Of a stretch of DNA of 64,000 bases, positions 19,146-28,521 are shown one piece after another (the stretch's first letter is position 1; every line of letters starts with the position of its first letter). The stretch comes from Thermoplasmata archaeon (GTDB lineage: Archaea; Thermoplasmatota; Thermoplasmata; Thermoplasmatales; Thermoplasmataceae), in assembly GCA_021797355.1 (NCBI GenBank), contig JAJZZX010000001.1:262523-326522 (forward strand), written 5' to 3'. The translations under genes and the position numbers were made by a program. The notes beneath the pieces are model-generated. The model was not told the origin of the DNA and did no database searches. It saw only the letters and a program-made list of their open reading frames with translations.

Positions 19146-19934
19146 TTAGGGGAATCTACCCCTGAGGAGGAACGCATAAACATATCCGAGTGAACCTGTT
19201 GCCAGCCTGAGGAGATTCACAAGGTTCCTGTTCTCATTCAGCGGTCTCCCCTTGGAAACAAGATACCATTTTGCAGCGTTTTTTCTTCTTAGCTGGTACC
19301 TGCCATAGCCATTCCAGAAGGCCTGCTTCATAAATCCAGTGAAAGTCTGCCTTGTCCTGTTGAGCACCTTGCACTCCTCACACATCTCTCCATGGTATCC
19401 AGAAACTACTGCACGGAAATTGAGGTCAATGTCCTCAGCAGTGACGAATGTTTCGTCAAATCCCCCAAGCTTCTGAAAAACTTCTTTCCTGTAGCAGAGG
19501 TTGGCAGAAGGGGATGTAATCTCGAAGCCAGAAACAAAGAGCTTCACTCTGTTAAGCTTAAACCTGTCAACACCAATTGAAATGGCATTTCCAGCGATGA
19601 AATCGGGTTCTCCTTTAAGGCGTGAAAGATAGGATTTAATGAGCCCAGGTGAAGCAACGACATCACCATCCAGAAACAGCACGTAAGGAGATGTGCTCTG
19701 CTGCACTCCAAAGTTCCTCCCTGCGCCCCTTGAAGTAAGCTTTGAGAAAAATCTAAGATTGAGGTCTCTCTTAAATGTCTCAACAACATCCCTTGTATTG
19801 TCTGTGCTTTGGGAATCAACCAAAATAACCTCAAACTTCTCGCCCTGGGAAATAAGGCTCTTGAAAAGTTCGGGAAGGTTTCTTCCCTCATTCCTAGTGG
19901 TAATGACTACCGAAAGAGAGATATGTGGTTCCAT
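19146..19934 (-). CDS. family 2 glycosyltransferase
   Basis: GT-A fold N-terminus ISLSVVITTRNEGRNL...ILVDSQSTDNT, then DGD. The ATG is at 19934; the track extends to 20015. Confidence 0.7.
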   Translation of the reverse strand: MEPHISLSVVITTRNEGRNLPELFKSLISQGEKFEVILVDSQSTDNTRDVVETFKRDLNLRFFSKLTSRGAGRNFGVQQSTSPYVLFLDGDVVASPGLIKSYLSRLKGEPDFIAGNAISIGVDRFKLNRVKLFVSGFEITSPSANLCYRKEVFQKLGGFDETFVTAEDIDLNFRAVVSGYHGEMCEECKVLNRTRQTFTGFMKQAFWNGYGRYQLRRKNAAKWYLVSKGRPLNENRNLVNLLRLATGSLGYVYAFLLRGRFP

Positions 19935-19939
19935 GGGTA

Positions 19940-20131
19940 TTAAACCCAGTCCATTCTTCCAACTTCCCTCTCCTTCTTCGTCTCCTTCTTGTATTCCTTG
20001 TAGTGCTCTTTGCAAAGATGCACCTTTGTCTTCTTCTGGTCAATGGTAAAGACTTTCTTGGCAAGGTCAGCAGGTACCGTCTTGAAGCTCTCGTTATGGC
20101 ACCCTTCAACGTCACACATCTTGTCAGCCAT
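19940..20131 (-). CDS. small (63 aa) Cys/His-rich, Lys-rich protein, hypothetical
   Basis: CDVEGCHNE...HLCKEHY gives four Cys/His pairs, suggesting a zinc ribbon or knuckle, followed by a basic KKETKKER tail. It has an ATG start and lies about 46 nt downstream of the RNase P RNA 3' end on the same strand. Confidence 0.4.
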   Translation of the reverse strand: MADKMCDVEGCHNESFKTVPADLAKKVFTIDQKKTKVHLCKEHYKEYKKETKKEREVGRMDWV

Positions 20132-20177
20132 CGCGATCAGGCTTCAATAAGGATTAGTCAATATATATTGGTTGGTA

Positions 20178-20493
20178 TAAGGGGAAATGCCCGGAGTAAG
20201 CCCCTTTCTGTTCACCCTTTCGGGTTGACGGCATTCAACTTTCGCCATGCGGCTGCGTCTTACCCGGCCCTTTCGGTGACTTCACAGAGCCTGTTTAGAC
20301 TTTCTCCTTCCAGGAAGGGTTCCCATCGGATTCTCCGAGAACGTCATCCACTGGAATCATCCTTAGTCGGATCCGTAGATTTCTTTTCCCTGAACCACCC
20401 CTCTCGGGGCACCGTCTTGCGGCGGTTGGAATTCACCTAGGAGAGGGGACTTTCCTCACTCAAATGAGCGTAAGCCGTCCTCGGGCTTTTCCC
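20178..20493 (-). ncRNA. rnpB: RNase P RNA (archaeal type A)
   Basis: On the minus strand there is a P4 5' strand GUGAGGAAAGUCCCC and a P4 3' strand with the universal ACAGAAAGGGGCUUA. There is also a GGGUAAGACGCAGCC (J11/12-like) segment. A P1 helix forms between 5'-GGGAAAAGCCCG and 3'-CGGGCAUUUCCCC. Total length is about 316 nt and the region is GC-rich and structured. Confidence 0.8.
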
Positions 20494-20638
20494 TTGTAAC
20501 GCCATTGTATCTCTTTATAAAACTATTTGTCATGGCAAAATCTATATTTTACTCTCGGGCCTTTATTTACTTATTGCGGTGTGAAAAATAAGAAAGATTG
20601 TACCTATAAGCTTAAGAATACAATATCATCAGTAATCT

Positions 20639-22471
20639 ATGGACAATAAGTTGGCACTTGCTGTTACAGTTGCAGTGCTGATGGCTGGCAGCGCCTTCGC
20701 GCTGGCTGGTGCCTTCGCAGCCGCACCTTCTTCCCCAGTCCAAACTTCATTGGGGAACTATTCATTCAGCTACTACAGCAGTAACGGCACGTTGGTAAAC
20801 GTCAGCTATACAGGACAGGACTATGAGGGGAACTCCTCCATAGTGGATTATGCCCAAATTTCCGGAAAGAACCTTACCCTTCCAGTGATGAATTCAGACA
20901 CGCAGCGTTCCAGTGATATGAATATGTTAAACCTAAAGAACGAGACAATGGTTGCGGGGCAGGATTCCAACACATTGCTGATCATCACAGCCCCGTCCGG
21001 AACAATGCAAGAAGCGAGCATTAAGGTCGTTTTTACAGGAACGGTTAGTAAGGTGGAATCGAGCGTTAATCTTGCTTCCAGCAACGAGTTCTTCGGTTCA
21101 ATATCCACAACATTCAGCGTAACCGGAGGATTTAGCGTCTACCAGATAGAGAACACTAATTTCACTGGCTACTTTGTAAGCAACGGCGAGACGCAGAGCA
21201 TTACTAACGGCAACATGACGTTAACCGCATCATCTTCAAATGGGCCGCTGGTTTCTGGATTAGTAGCGTCAGGTGACTTCAAGGAATTCATGCAGAAGTA
21301 TGCTAGGGAACACAACTATGGCAACAGGTTCGCATATAACACCACGACAGGGAATGTGACAGGCAGGTTTGTGGACTTCAACTTCAATGCAACTTCCGGT
21401 GTCATCAGTGATTTCTCAATGAGCAGCACGCATACGGATGTTTTCACAAAGATATCTGCAACTGGGAATGGAACCATAGGAAGCCAGTCGGAATTTCCAG
21501 CATTCAAGACAGGTGTTCCAATGGTCTATGGGGACATATTCTTCTATGCAAATTCATCATACATATACACCTTGCATGACAACCCGGCAATGCAGTTTGG
21601 CATGATACTGAATAACGGAACCATGAAATTCATGATTCCAGCTGGCCTGAACGTGAGCAACCTGTCAAGCCTTAGGGGCTCTTTCGATTCCAGTGCAGAA
21701 GTGAATGCGACAGACATCAACCAGAACTCCAGCGAAGCCATGAATGCAACTATGGAATCAGATCACGAGTTCCCCAGGGGAAACTCCATGTTCTTCATCC
21801 ACAACTCTTCAGTAAGGGCTATGCTTAATGTGGCAGGAGGCAAAGCGTCATATAACAGCACCACCCGCTTACTAACTGTTACAACTAACGGAACAGCAGC
21901 AATCAACTTCGTTGCTCCGCCTGGACTTAACCAGGTGCCTTCGAGATTCATAAAGCCCATAGAATATGGAATAGAGCATGGCAGAATTGCTGCACAGGTG
22001 TCATTGGAATCACTCAACAGCACAGCAGTAAATTTCACAACACTGTATAACAACTCTGTGAACCTCAAAATTACAGCAGTGGCAAGCGGAAGGGTCAGCA
22101 TAGCAGTGAGTTCATCAGAACATGCAGGCACAAATCTGGTATTTTTCGTTAACCAGAGCTTCCTGAGCAATGGTGGAAAGATATATGTCTACTTCGATGG
22201 GGTCCTTGCCAACCTGACAAGCTTTAATGGAACAATAAACGTTACCAGCAGCAGCGCAGCGTATTACGGCTTCGAACAGGTGAACGGGGGCTACCTTGTG
22301 GTGGTGCATGTGCCTCATTTCTCAAACCACAACATAACAATAAGCGATACCCTGATCTCATCAGGAACGCCCCAATCCGGACTTCCACTTTCGCCGGTTG
22401 AATTGGGTGTAATTGCAGCGGTTGTTGTGGCGGCCGTGGCTGGCACAGTTGTAGCCATCAAGAGGAAATAA
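20639..22471 (+). CDS. cell-surface glycoprotein: signal peptide, about 29 N-x-S/T sequons, C-terminal TM anchor with KRK tail
   Basis: N-terminal signal peptide MDNKLALAVTVAVLMAGSAFALAGAFAAA. The C-terminal TM anchor is LGVIAAVVVAAVAGTVVAIKRK. Composition is Ser/Thr/Asn-rich with very many NxS/NxT sites (NGT, NVS, NSS, NAT...). Confidence 0.6.
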   Translation: MDNKLALAVTVAVLMAGSAFALAGAFAAAPSSPVQTSLGNYSFSYYSSNGTLVNVSYTGQDYEGNSSIVDYAQISGKNLTLPVMNSDTQRSSDMNMLNLKNETMVAGQDSNTLLIITAPSGTMQEASIKVVFTGTVSKVESSVNLASSNEFFGSISTTFSVTGGFSVYQIENTNFTGYFVSNGETQSITNGNMTLTASSSNGPLVSGLVASGDFKEFMQKYAREHNYGNRFAYNTTTGNVTGRFVDFNFNATSGVISDFSMSSTHTDVFTKISATGNGTIGSQSEFPAFKTGVPMVYGDIFFYANSSYIYTLHDNPAMQFGMILNNGTMKFMIPAGLNVSNLSSLRGSFDSSAEVNATDINQNSSEAMNATMESDHEFPRGNSMFFIHNSSVRAMLNVAGGKASYNSTTRLLTVTTNGTAAINFVAPPGLNQVPSRFIKPIEYGIEHGRIAAQVSLESLNSTAVNFTTLYNNSVNLKITAVASGRVSIAVSSSEHAGTNLVFFVNQSFLSNGGKIYVYFDGVLANLTSFNGTINVTSSSAAYYGFEQVNGGYLVVVHVPHFSNHNITISDTLISSGTPQSGLPLSPVELGVIAAVVVAAVAGTVVAIKRK

Positions 22472-22488
22472 TTTCCATAATTATTTCC

Positions 22489-23163
22489 CTATTTTATTTT
22501 AATTTCAACCGCAGACTTTCTTTTGATCAGGAGTTCAGCAAATTTCTCAGGAAGATATACAATATCATTGTCATGCAGGAAATAATCCCTATCTGGCTGG
22601 GCAATTGGAGGCTGATCCCCTATTATTCTTACTGGAACATATCTCTCGGAAGGGTGTTGATTTTCCTGCGCTTCAATCTCCGCTTCTACATGAGATATTT
22701 GCACCTGCGGTGGCTCCTTGAAATCCGTTTTTGGCGAAGATTTTTCTTGAATACCCTGTGCCTCATTTTCAACAACAGTTTTATTCAGCAGTGAGTTGTA
22801 TTCATCATACATCAGGTTGTGCAGCTTTATTATGAAATCCTTCTCTTCCGGCGTGAGGGCGTTCATGGTTTCCCCATCTAGATCATAAAGGGAAAGCGTT
22901 GCCATCTTCTCGAATCTCTTTTGGAAGAATGCACGGAAATCTCTCTCTATGTCACTTATGCGTTCCTTTATCCTGATATAGCTGTCGATCTCCTGATTTG
23001 CAAGAAATTGCTGTGCCTCATCCTTAAGAGTCTCCAGGGCAGACGTGATGTTCTTGTAGAATGCTGGATCCAGTTTTTTTGGCTTCCTTGACCTAACTTC
23101 AACCCTGAGGAAAGACCTGAGTTCGTCCGTAATCTTATCAATCTGTGCAGGGTTGAAAGGCAT
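22489..23163 (-). CDS. hypothetical protein (alpha-helical N-domain plus small beta C-domain)
   Basis: The ORF is compositionally coding. The ATG is at 23163. No motif was recognised with confidence. Confidence 0.35.
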   Translation of the reverse strand: MPFNPAQIDKITDELRSFLRVEVRSRKPKKLDPAFYKNITSALETLKDEAQQFLANQEIDSYIRIKERISDIERDFRAFFQKRFEKMATLSLYDLDGETMNALTPEEKDFIIKLHNLMYDEYNSLLNKTVVENEAQGIQEKSSPKTDFKEPPQVQISHVEAEIEAQENQHPSERYVPVRIIGDQPPIAQPDRDYFLHDNDIVYLPEKFAELLIKRKSAVEIKIK

Positions 23164-23224
23164 CAAATTCCATAGTTAATGTGTATTATTACTTTTTACG
23201 ATGGTGAATCGATTCCATCAGAGG

Positions 23225-24085
23225 TCAGGATTCCAATCTTGCAAAGGCATCTTCCCCATAAATTTCCTTCGGCAATGATCTGCAACACCTGTCAATGATT
23301 TTGGCCCAGCCATTGTTCTCCTGTACAATCATTGATATTCTCCTTGGAACCGAATCTGGCGGTATAACCTTCCATGATTCCGGATCGTCCACATAATCCG
23401 TTTCCAGGAAAAAATCGCCTTTGATGCCCACTGCCGTCCTGACATTATTTCGCGAGGCAAGTATGGACTTCTTCAAAGCAGAGCTGTACTGCAAATCGCC
23501 TGGAAGAGCATGGTGTTTTATCACGTTGTCAGGCTTCATTCCAGCTTTTGTCGCCATCAATTCCAATTCTCCGTACTTGTCCCGGGATAGGTCTTCCGTG
23601 TGCAGGATCACAGGTATGTGATTATCAGCGCAGGTTTCCATCGCATAGGACAAAATGGCATTTGATCTTTCCAGGTCGTATTCAGGAACAGGGAAATGAG
23701 GCCTGCCAACCTCTCCCATGGCATTGCACAGCCCATCCTGTGAATACTTAGCAGCCAGGTCAATGCCCCTTCTCATCTCATTGACTGGGTCCATTCCCGC
23801 ACGGGAAAACATGAAATAATCCAGAGGATAGGGCCCAAGGGTTACAAGAACAGGAATACTTCTTTCTTCCCTGATCCTGGTGGCCATCCTCAGGGTTTTC
23901 TCGTAGAGGGTTTTATAGTACTCTGCTGGAGGAATACTGCTAGAAGGAAGGTTCACAAGATTTATGCTATTCCCCCCTGCGGATAGGAACATGTCAACCG
24001 CTGAAAGGAACCTCCCATCCTCGCGAAGATGCATGTGGTTATCGAGGATTATGTACCCCTGCCGGGCTAGTTCTCTGGCATCCAT
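23225..24085 (-). CDS. TatD-related / amidohydrolase-superfamily metal-dependent hydrolase
   Basis: N-terminal LDNHMHLRE supplies the HxH metal ligands of TIM-barrel hydrolases. Further His/Asp/Glu ligands (ILHTED) follow downstream. Confidence 0.55.
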   Translation of the reverse strand: MDARELARQGYIILDNHMHLREDGRFLSAVDMFLSAGGNSINLVNLPSSSIPPAEYYKTLYEKTLRMATRIREERSIPVLVTLGPYPLDYFMFSRAGMDPVNEMRRGIDLAAKYSQDGLCNAMGEVGRPHFPVPEYDLERSNAILSYAMETCADNHIPVILHTEDLSRDKYGELELMATKAGMKPDNVIKHHALPGDLQYSSALKKSILASRNNVRTAVGIKGDFFLETDYVDDPESWKVIPPDSVPRRISMIVQENNGWAKIIDRCCRSLPKEIYGEDAFARLES

Positions 24086-24195
24086 GCTGACGTGATGTAT
24101 AATTTCTGTTATATAATGTTTTAACTGCGGATGCAGAACTCAAGCTACGAAACCTTAATAATTGGTGTAGACTATTGGTCGAAAAGGTGACTTAG

Positions 24196-24906
24196 ATGCA
24201 GCAGGGCCAAATGGCATATGACAGAGCTATTACAGTATTTTCACCAGATGGCAGATTATTTCAGGTTGAGTATGCAAGGGAGGCTGTAAAGAAAGGATCA
24301 ACAGCCATTGGTATTCGGTTCAAGGACGGTGTTGCCCTGATATCGGACAAGAAGATCAGGAGCAGGCTTGTTGAACAAAATTCAATGGAAAAGATTCAGC
24401 CCATTGATGATTATGTTGCTACGGTAACTTCAGGCCTTGTTGCTGATGCCCGCGTACTTGTTGACTTTGCCAGAATTGCAGCTCAGCAGGAAAAGATAAC
24501 ATACGGTTCTCTGGTGAACATAGAAAATCTCGTGAAGAAAGTGGCCGATCAGATGCAACAGTACACGCAGTATGGAGGCGTCAGGCCTTACGGTGTTGCA
24601 ATGATCTTTGCCGGTACAGACAGCATAGGCCCCAGGCTATTTGACTGTGACCCTGCAGGAACTATTAATGAATACAAGGCAGTGTCCATAGGTGCCCTGC
24701 GGGACCAGGTAACGGCATTTCTAGAGAAGGAATACAAGGAAGATCTCTCTGAAAAGGATGCAATCATACTTGGGATAAAGGCCCTGAAATCCTCAAACGA
24801 GGACAGCGCTGAATTCAGGCATCCGGAGGTTGCTGCCATAACTCTAGGCAACAAATTCCATGTTTATCAGAAGGATGAAGTGGAAAAACTTATGCAGCAG
24901 GCATAA
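24196..24906 (+). CDS. psmA: proteasome alpha subunit
   Basis: [34 protein letters not shown]... is essentially the Thermoplasma PsmA N-terminus, and the full 20S alpha fold is present. Confidence 0.95.
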   Translation: MQQGQMAYDRAITVFSPDGRLFQVEYAREAVKKGSTAIGIRFKDGVALISDKKIRSRLVEQNSMEKIQPIDDYVATVTSGLVADARVLVDFARIAAQQEKITYGSLVNIENLVKKVADQMQQYTQYGGVRPYGVAMIFAGTDSIGPRLFDCDPAGTINEYKAVSIGALRDQVTAFLEKEYKEDLSEKDAIILGIKALKSSNEDSAEFRHPEVAAITLGNKFHVYQKDEVEKLMQQA

Positions 24907-24948
24907 GCGGAATCAAACATTTTTTATCCATTTATATAATCTTCCTCC

Positions 24949-25647
24949 ATGGTCAGAGTGGAAGATGCCATAGTGGCTAGGTACGAATCCCATGGCCATA
25001 AATTCGAGATTTTTGTAGATCCAGATGCAACTGACAAGATAAAAGAAGGTAAGATCGACGTATCAAATGATCTGGCCCTTGATGAAATTTACAAGGATGC
25101 CCGCAAGGGAGAGAAAGCTGGTGAAGATTCCCTGCGGGAGGTTTTCAAGACTACTGATGTTGCTCAGATTGCGGTTGAGATCGTGAAGAAAGGGCAGATC
25201 CAGCTGACCACAGAGCAGAGGCACGAGATGCTGGAGAGGAAGAGGAAACAGATCATTGACATGATAGCTAGGGAATCCATAAATCCCCAGACAAACACAC
25301 CTCACCCACCAGCCAGGATTGCCCAGGCAATCGAAGAAGCTAAGGTTCACATAGATCCCTTCAAGAGTGCCGGGGAACAGTTGCAGGTGGTGCTCAAGGC
25401 AATAAAGCCCATACTCCCAATAAGGATGGAGAAGACCAAGCTTGCTGTAAAACTGACTGGAGATGCCTACGGAAAGGTATATGGTGAAATTGCAAGAAGC
25501 GGATATCTTGTAAAGGAAGAATGGGGCAAGGATGGATCATGGATGGGCCTTCTGGAGGTTCCAGCCGGTATGGCTGGTGACATAATGAGCCAGCTGAGCA
25601 GGAGATCAAGGGATAATATAGACATAAGGGTAGTCAAGAACAGGTGA
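24949..25647 (+). CDS. sdo1: SBDS/Sdo1 ribosome maturation protein homolog
   Basis: N-terminal FYSH-domain pattern [19 protein letters not shown]...[22 protein letters not shown]. It sits in the conserved position between psmA and rrp4. Confidence 0.75.
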   Translation: MVRVEDAIVARYESHGHKFEIFVDPDATDKIKEGKIDVSNDLALDEIYKDARKGEKAGEDSLREVFKTTDVAQIAVEIVKKGQIQLTTEQRHEMLERKRKQIIDMIARESINPQTNTPHPPARIAQAIEEAKVHIDPFKSAGEQLQVVLKAIKPILPIRMEKTKLAVKLTGDAYGKVYGEIARSGYLVKEEWGKDGSWMGLLEVPAGMAGDIMSQLSRRSRDNIDIRVVKNR

Positions 25648-25928
25648 CTTTCTTATTACATTTTCCAGCCCATTTGGTAATTTTCAATTTGCAGGATGAT
25701 CAAAAATCAAAAGCCAAGGTGCTTTGCAGTCGCATAAATTATCCAATACGATAAAGATAAATATTGCATAAAGATGAAACGACAAACGGAGAGATGAGGA
25801 GAGAACAACTTCCCTCCAATGGCGAAGGGAGTATTGTTTCAATGATGGCAGGGCGTTATGCCACTTTGACTCATGAGGCAAGGTTCAGATAGCATAAGGG
25901 GAGTAGGTTCTCAAGTAAAGGTGAATAT

Positions 25929-26618
25929 ATGGCAGAGATCAAGCAGATAGTGATGCCCGGTGATCCCATTGACAGCTCACTGGGCAAGCCAAGGAATGGT
26001 GTATACAAGTGTGGAGATCAACAGTTCTGTTCAGAATACTTTGGCATTGTGCAGATCAGTGATCAATCCATTGATATTGTCCCGTTTGCGGGGCCATACT
26101 TTCCAAGAAGAGGAGACAAAGTTATTGGGAAGGTAATTGAAGTTGGGCCATCCATGTGGACCGTGGACATAAACTCCCCTTACTACACGCTTCTGCATAT
26201 GAACGATACGCCGTGGAGAGCCAATGCAGGTAACATAAAGAAGCTGCTTGGAGTTGGCGATTATGTCTATGCAAAGGTGATGACTGTCAACGAGATAAAG
26301 GAAAGCTGGATAACGCTCAAGGATGTAGGACTGAGAAAACTTGAAGGGGGGCACATAACGTCTATCCCCGCTCCAAAGGTCCCCAGGATCATAGGAAAAG
26401 GAGGCTCAATGGTAAATATGATTAAGGACGCCACCTCCACAAGAATTGTTGTGGGGCAGAATGGCCTTATCTGGGTTGACGGGGAACCTGAGAACGTAAT
26501 GACAGCAATTTCTGCCATAAAGATGGTGGAAAGGGAAGCCCATACCACTGGACTGACTGACAGAATGCAGAAATATCTTGAAGAAATACGGAGTGAAAAA
26601 AATGGGAACAGCATCTGA
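25929..26618 (+). CDS. rrp4: exosome complex RNA-binding subunit Rrp4 (N-terminal + S1 + KH)
   Basis: S1 domain followed by the KH motif [30 protein letters not shown]. Confidence 0.8.
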   Translation: MAEIKQIVMPGDPIDSSLGKPRNGVYKCGDQQFCSEYFGIVQISDQSIDIVPFAGPYFPRRGDKVIGKVIEVGPSMWTVDINSPYYTLLHMNDTPWRANAGNIKKLLGVGDYVYAKVMTVNEIKESWITLKDVGLRKLEGGHITSIPAPKVPRIIGKGGSMVNMIKDATSTRIVVGQNGLIWVDGEPENVMTAISAIKMVEREAHTTGLTDRMQKYLEEIRSEKNGNSI

Positions 26619-27345
26619 TATTAAACTGATAGACGAAAATGGTCTGAGGATAGATGGCAGGTCACCTACTGAGCTCAGGCCTCTGAAGATAGAAACCGAT
26701 GTGCTAGACAGAGCTGACGGATCAGCTTACATTGAATGGGGAGGAAACAAGATTCTTGTTGCAGTATATGGACCAAGGGAAGCTTATCCCAAACACACAC
26801 AGGATATTGACAAGGCCGTAATTAAGGCAAGATACAACATGTCTGCCTTCTCAGTGGACGAAAGAAAAAGGCCAGGCCCTGACAGAAGATCCGTGGAAAT
26901 TTCGAAGGTTATATCGGAGGCTCTCCAGGCTGCAGTGATGGTGGAGCAATTCCCGCGTGCCCAGATTGATGTGTTCATAGAGGTTCTGCAGGCCGATGCA
27001 GGGACAAGGATTGCAGGCTTGACAGCAAGCTCGGTGGCTCTTGCATCAGCAGGAATTCCAATGAGGGACCTTGTTGTTGGTTGTGCTGCTGGGAAGGTTG
27101 ATGGAAAGATTGTCCTTGATCTGGGCAAGGAAGAGGATAATTTCGGCCAGGCCGATCTACCCATGGGAATCCTTGCAAGATCAGGAAAGATAGTGCTAAT
27201 GCAGATGGACGGGGACCTGACGGAAGATGAATTCAACCAGGCTACGGAACTAATAATGGACGCCACAAGAAGGATTTATGAGATCCAGAGGGAAGCTCTT
27301 GCCGGAAAATACAGGGCAATGGCAATTGAAAGGGGTGGTGAGTAA
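26602..27345 (+). CDS. rrp41: exosome RNase PH-like catalytic subunit Rrp41
   Basis: ...[44 protein letters not shown] is the RNase PH fold. ATG candidates are at 26602 and 26578, both overlapping the rrp4 3' end. Confidence 0.85.
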   Translation: MGTASDIKLIDENGLRIDGRSPTELRPLKIETDVLDRADGSAYIEWGGNKILVAVYGPREAYPKHTQDIDKAVIKARYNMSAFSVDERKRPGPDRRSVEISKVISEALQAAVMVEQFPRAQIDVFIEVLQADAGTRIAGLTASSVALASAGIPMRDLVVGCAAGKVDGKIVLDLGKEEDNFGQADLPMGILARSGKIVLMQMDGDLTEDEFNQATELIMDATRRIYEIQREALAGKYRAMAIERGGE

Positions 27346-28127
27346 TGCCGAAGGATGAAGCGGGAGTTCTTTCAGAGATAAAGAGAAATTACATACTTAG
27401 GAAACTAAAGGAAGGCCAGCGTGGAGACGGGAGAACCCTCACAGCTTTCCGTGAAATCAGCATCACCACAAACTACATACCAAGATCAGCCGGATCAGCT
27501 TACGTAAAGCTTGGCCGTACAAAGGTTGTGGCTGGGATCAAGGTGGAGTCTGGTGAGCCATTTCCAGATACTCCAAACCAAGGAGTACTGACAACCAACG
27601 TTGAACTCCTTCCAATGGCATTTCCAACCTTTGAGGCAGGCCCTCCAAACGAGGGTTCGATAGAAATCGCTAGGGTAGTAGACCGTGGAATAAGGGAGAG
27701 CAAGATGATCGATCTTGAAAGCCTGGTAATTGAACCGGGCAAGAAGGTATGGATTATCTTTGCAGATATTGACGTCATAGACTTTGACGGGAATCTCATT
27801 GATGCATGCACGCTTGCTGTTGTTTCCGCACTGAGATCAGCAATTGTCCCGGGTTCCAAAGAGGGATCCAAGGACTTCCAGCTCCCAGTCAGGAGTCTTC
27901 CAATATCAGTTACCATGGTTAAGATCGGAGACGAGATAGTTGCCGATCCGGATCTAGAAGAAGAGCAGTTGTCCACTGCCAGGGTAACAGTAACGACAAC
28001 CGAGGATGGGCACATAAGGGCAATGCAAAAAGGCGATACCGGGTTCTTCACCCTCGATGAAATAAGAAAAGCTATAAAGATATCAAGCAATACCGGGAAG
28101 CAAATCCGGGAAAAATATTTCCAGTGA
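27345..28127 (+). CDS. rrp42: exosome RNase PH-like subunit Rrp42
   Basis: ...[43 protein letters not shown]. The TAATG junction is shared with rrp41. Confidence 0.85.
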   Translation: MPKDEAGVLSEIKRNYILRKLKEGQRGDGRTLTAFREISITTNYIPRSAGSAYVKLGRTKVVAGIKVESGEPFPDTPNQGVLTTNVELLPMAFPTFEAGPPNEGSIEIARVVDRGIRESKMIDLESLVIEPGKKVWIIFADIDVIDFDGNLIDACTLAVVSALRSAIVPGSKEGSKDFQLPVRSLPISVTMVKIGDEIVADPDLEEEQLSTARVTVTTTEDGHIRAMQKGDTGFFTLDEIRKAIKISSNTGKQIREKYFQ

Positions 28128-28132
28128 TATTC

Positions 28133-28393
28133 ATGTCCAAGAGAACAGTAAAGGTTGGTGCTGCTGGTCGTTTCGGCCCGAGATACGGAGTCACCGTTAG
28201 AAAGACCTGGAACGAAATATACAAGCAGAAAATTGCATTTTATGCCTGTCCGTCCTGCAAGAAGAAAAAGGTCAAGAGGGTTGCTGCAGGTATCTGGGAG
28301 TGCCGTCACTGCGGCCACAAATTTGCCGGTGGTTCATATCTTCCCGAGCTGAGGGCTCCTGTTGTAACCTCGGAGGAACAGCCAAATGTATAA
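28133..28393 (+). CDS. rpl37ae: ribosomal protein L37Ae (eL43)
   Basis: [19 protein letters not shown]...[29 protein letters not shown] is a zinc ribbon. The ATG is at 28133; the track start at 28124 is GTG. Confidence 0.9.
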   Translation: MSKRTVKVGAAGRFGPRYGVTVRKTWNEIYKQKIAFYACPSCKKKKVKRVAAGIWECRHCGHKFAGGSYLPELRAPVVTSEEQPNV

Positions 28394-28517
28394 GTGCATA
28401 AGATGTGGAAGGCCTCTTGAGAAATCTTTCGGCACTGCAGAGATTGAGTGCGAATGCGGTTCTCGGGTATTCATAAAGGAACGTCCAAGCATCGAGAAAG
28501 TGATAGTTGCCAGATAA
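28386..28517 (+). CDS. rpoP: DNA-directed RNA polymerase subunit P (RpoP/Rpb12/RPC10), 43 aa
   Basis: Micro-[46 protein letters not shown] with a CxxC...CxC zinc ribbon. It sits in the canonical superoperon slot after L37ae and is below the ORF-track length cutoff. Confidence 0.65.
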   Translation: MYKCIRCGRPLEKSFGTAEIECECGSRVFIKERPSIEKVIVAR

Positions 28518-28521
28518 GCCT

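Noticed and set aside
19925-20440. 171-aa plus-strand ORF, and the nested 19894-20115 and 20185-20470-region ORFs
   Set aside because: The Arg/Ser/Leu-rich low-complexity product lies exactly over the GC-rich RNase P RNA and antisense to the small Cys/His-rich ORF. High GC creates long ORFs by chance.
25684-25881. 65-aa minus-strand ORF in the SBDS-rrp4 spacer
   Set aside because: It is too short, has no start context, and is unconserved-looking. It was treated as non-coding spacer.
27500-28318. 272-aa minus-strand ORF
   Set aside because: It is antisense to rrp42/L37ae, which have unambiguous homology on the plus strand. The product is Ser/Thr/Leu-rich low-complexity.
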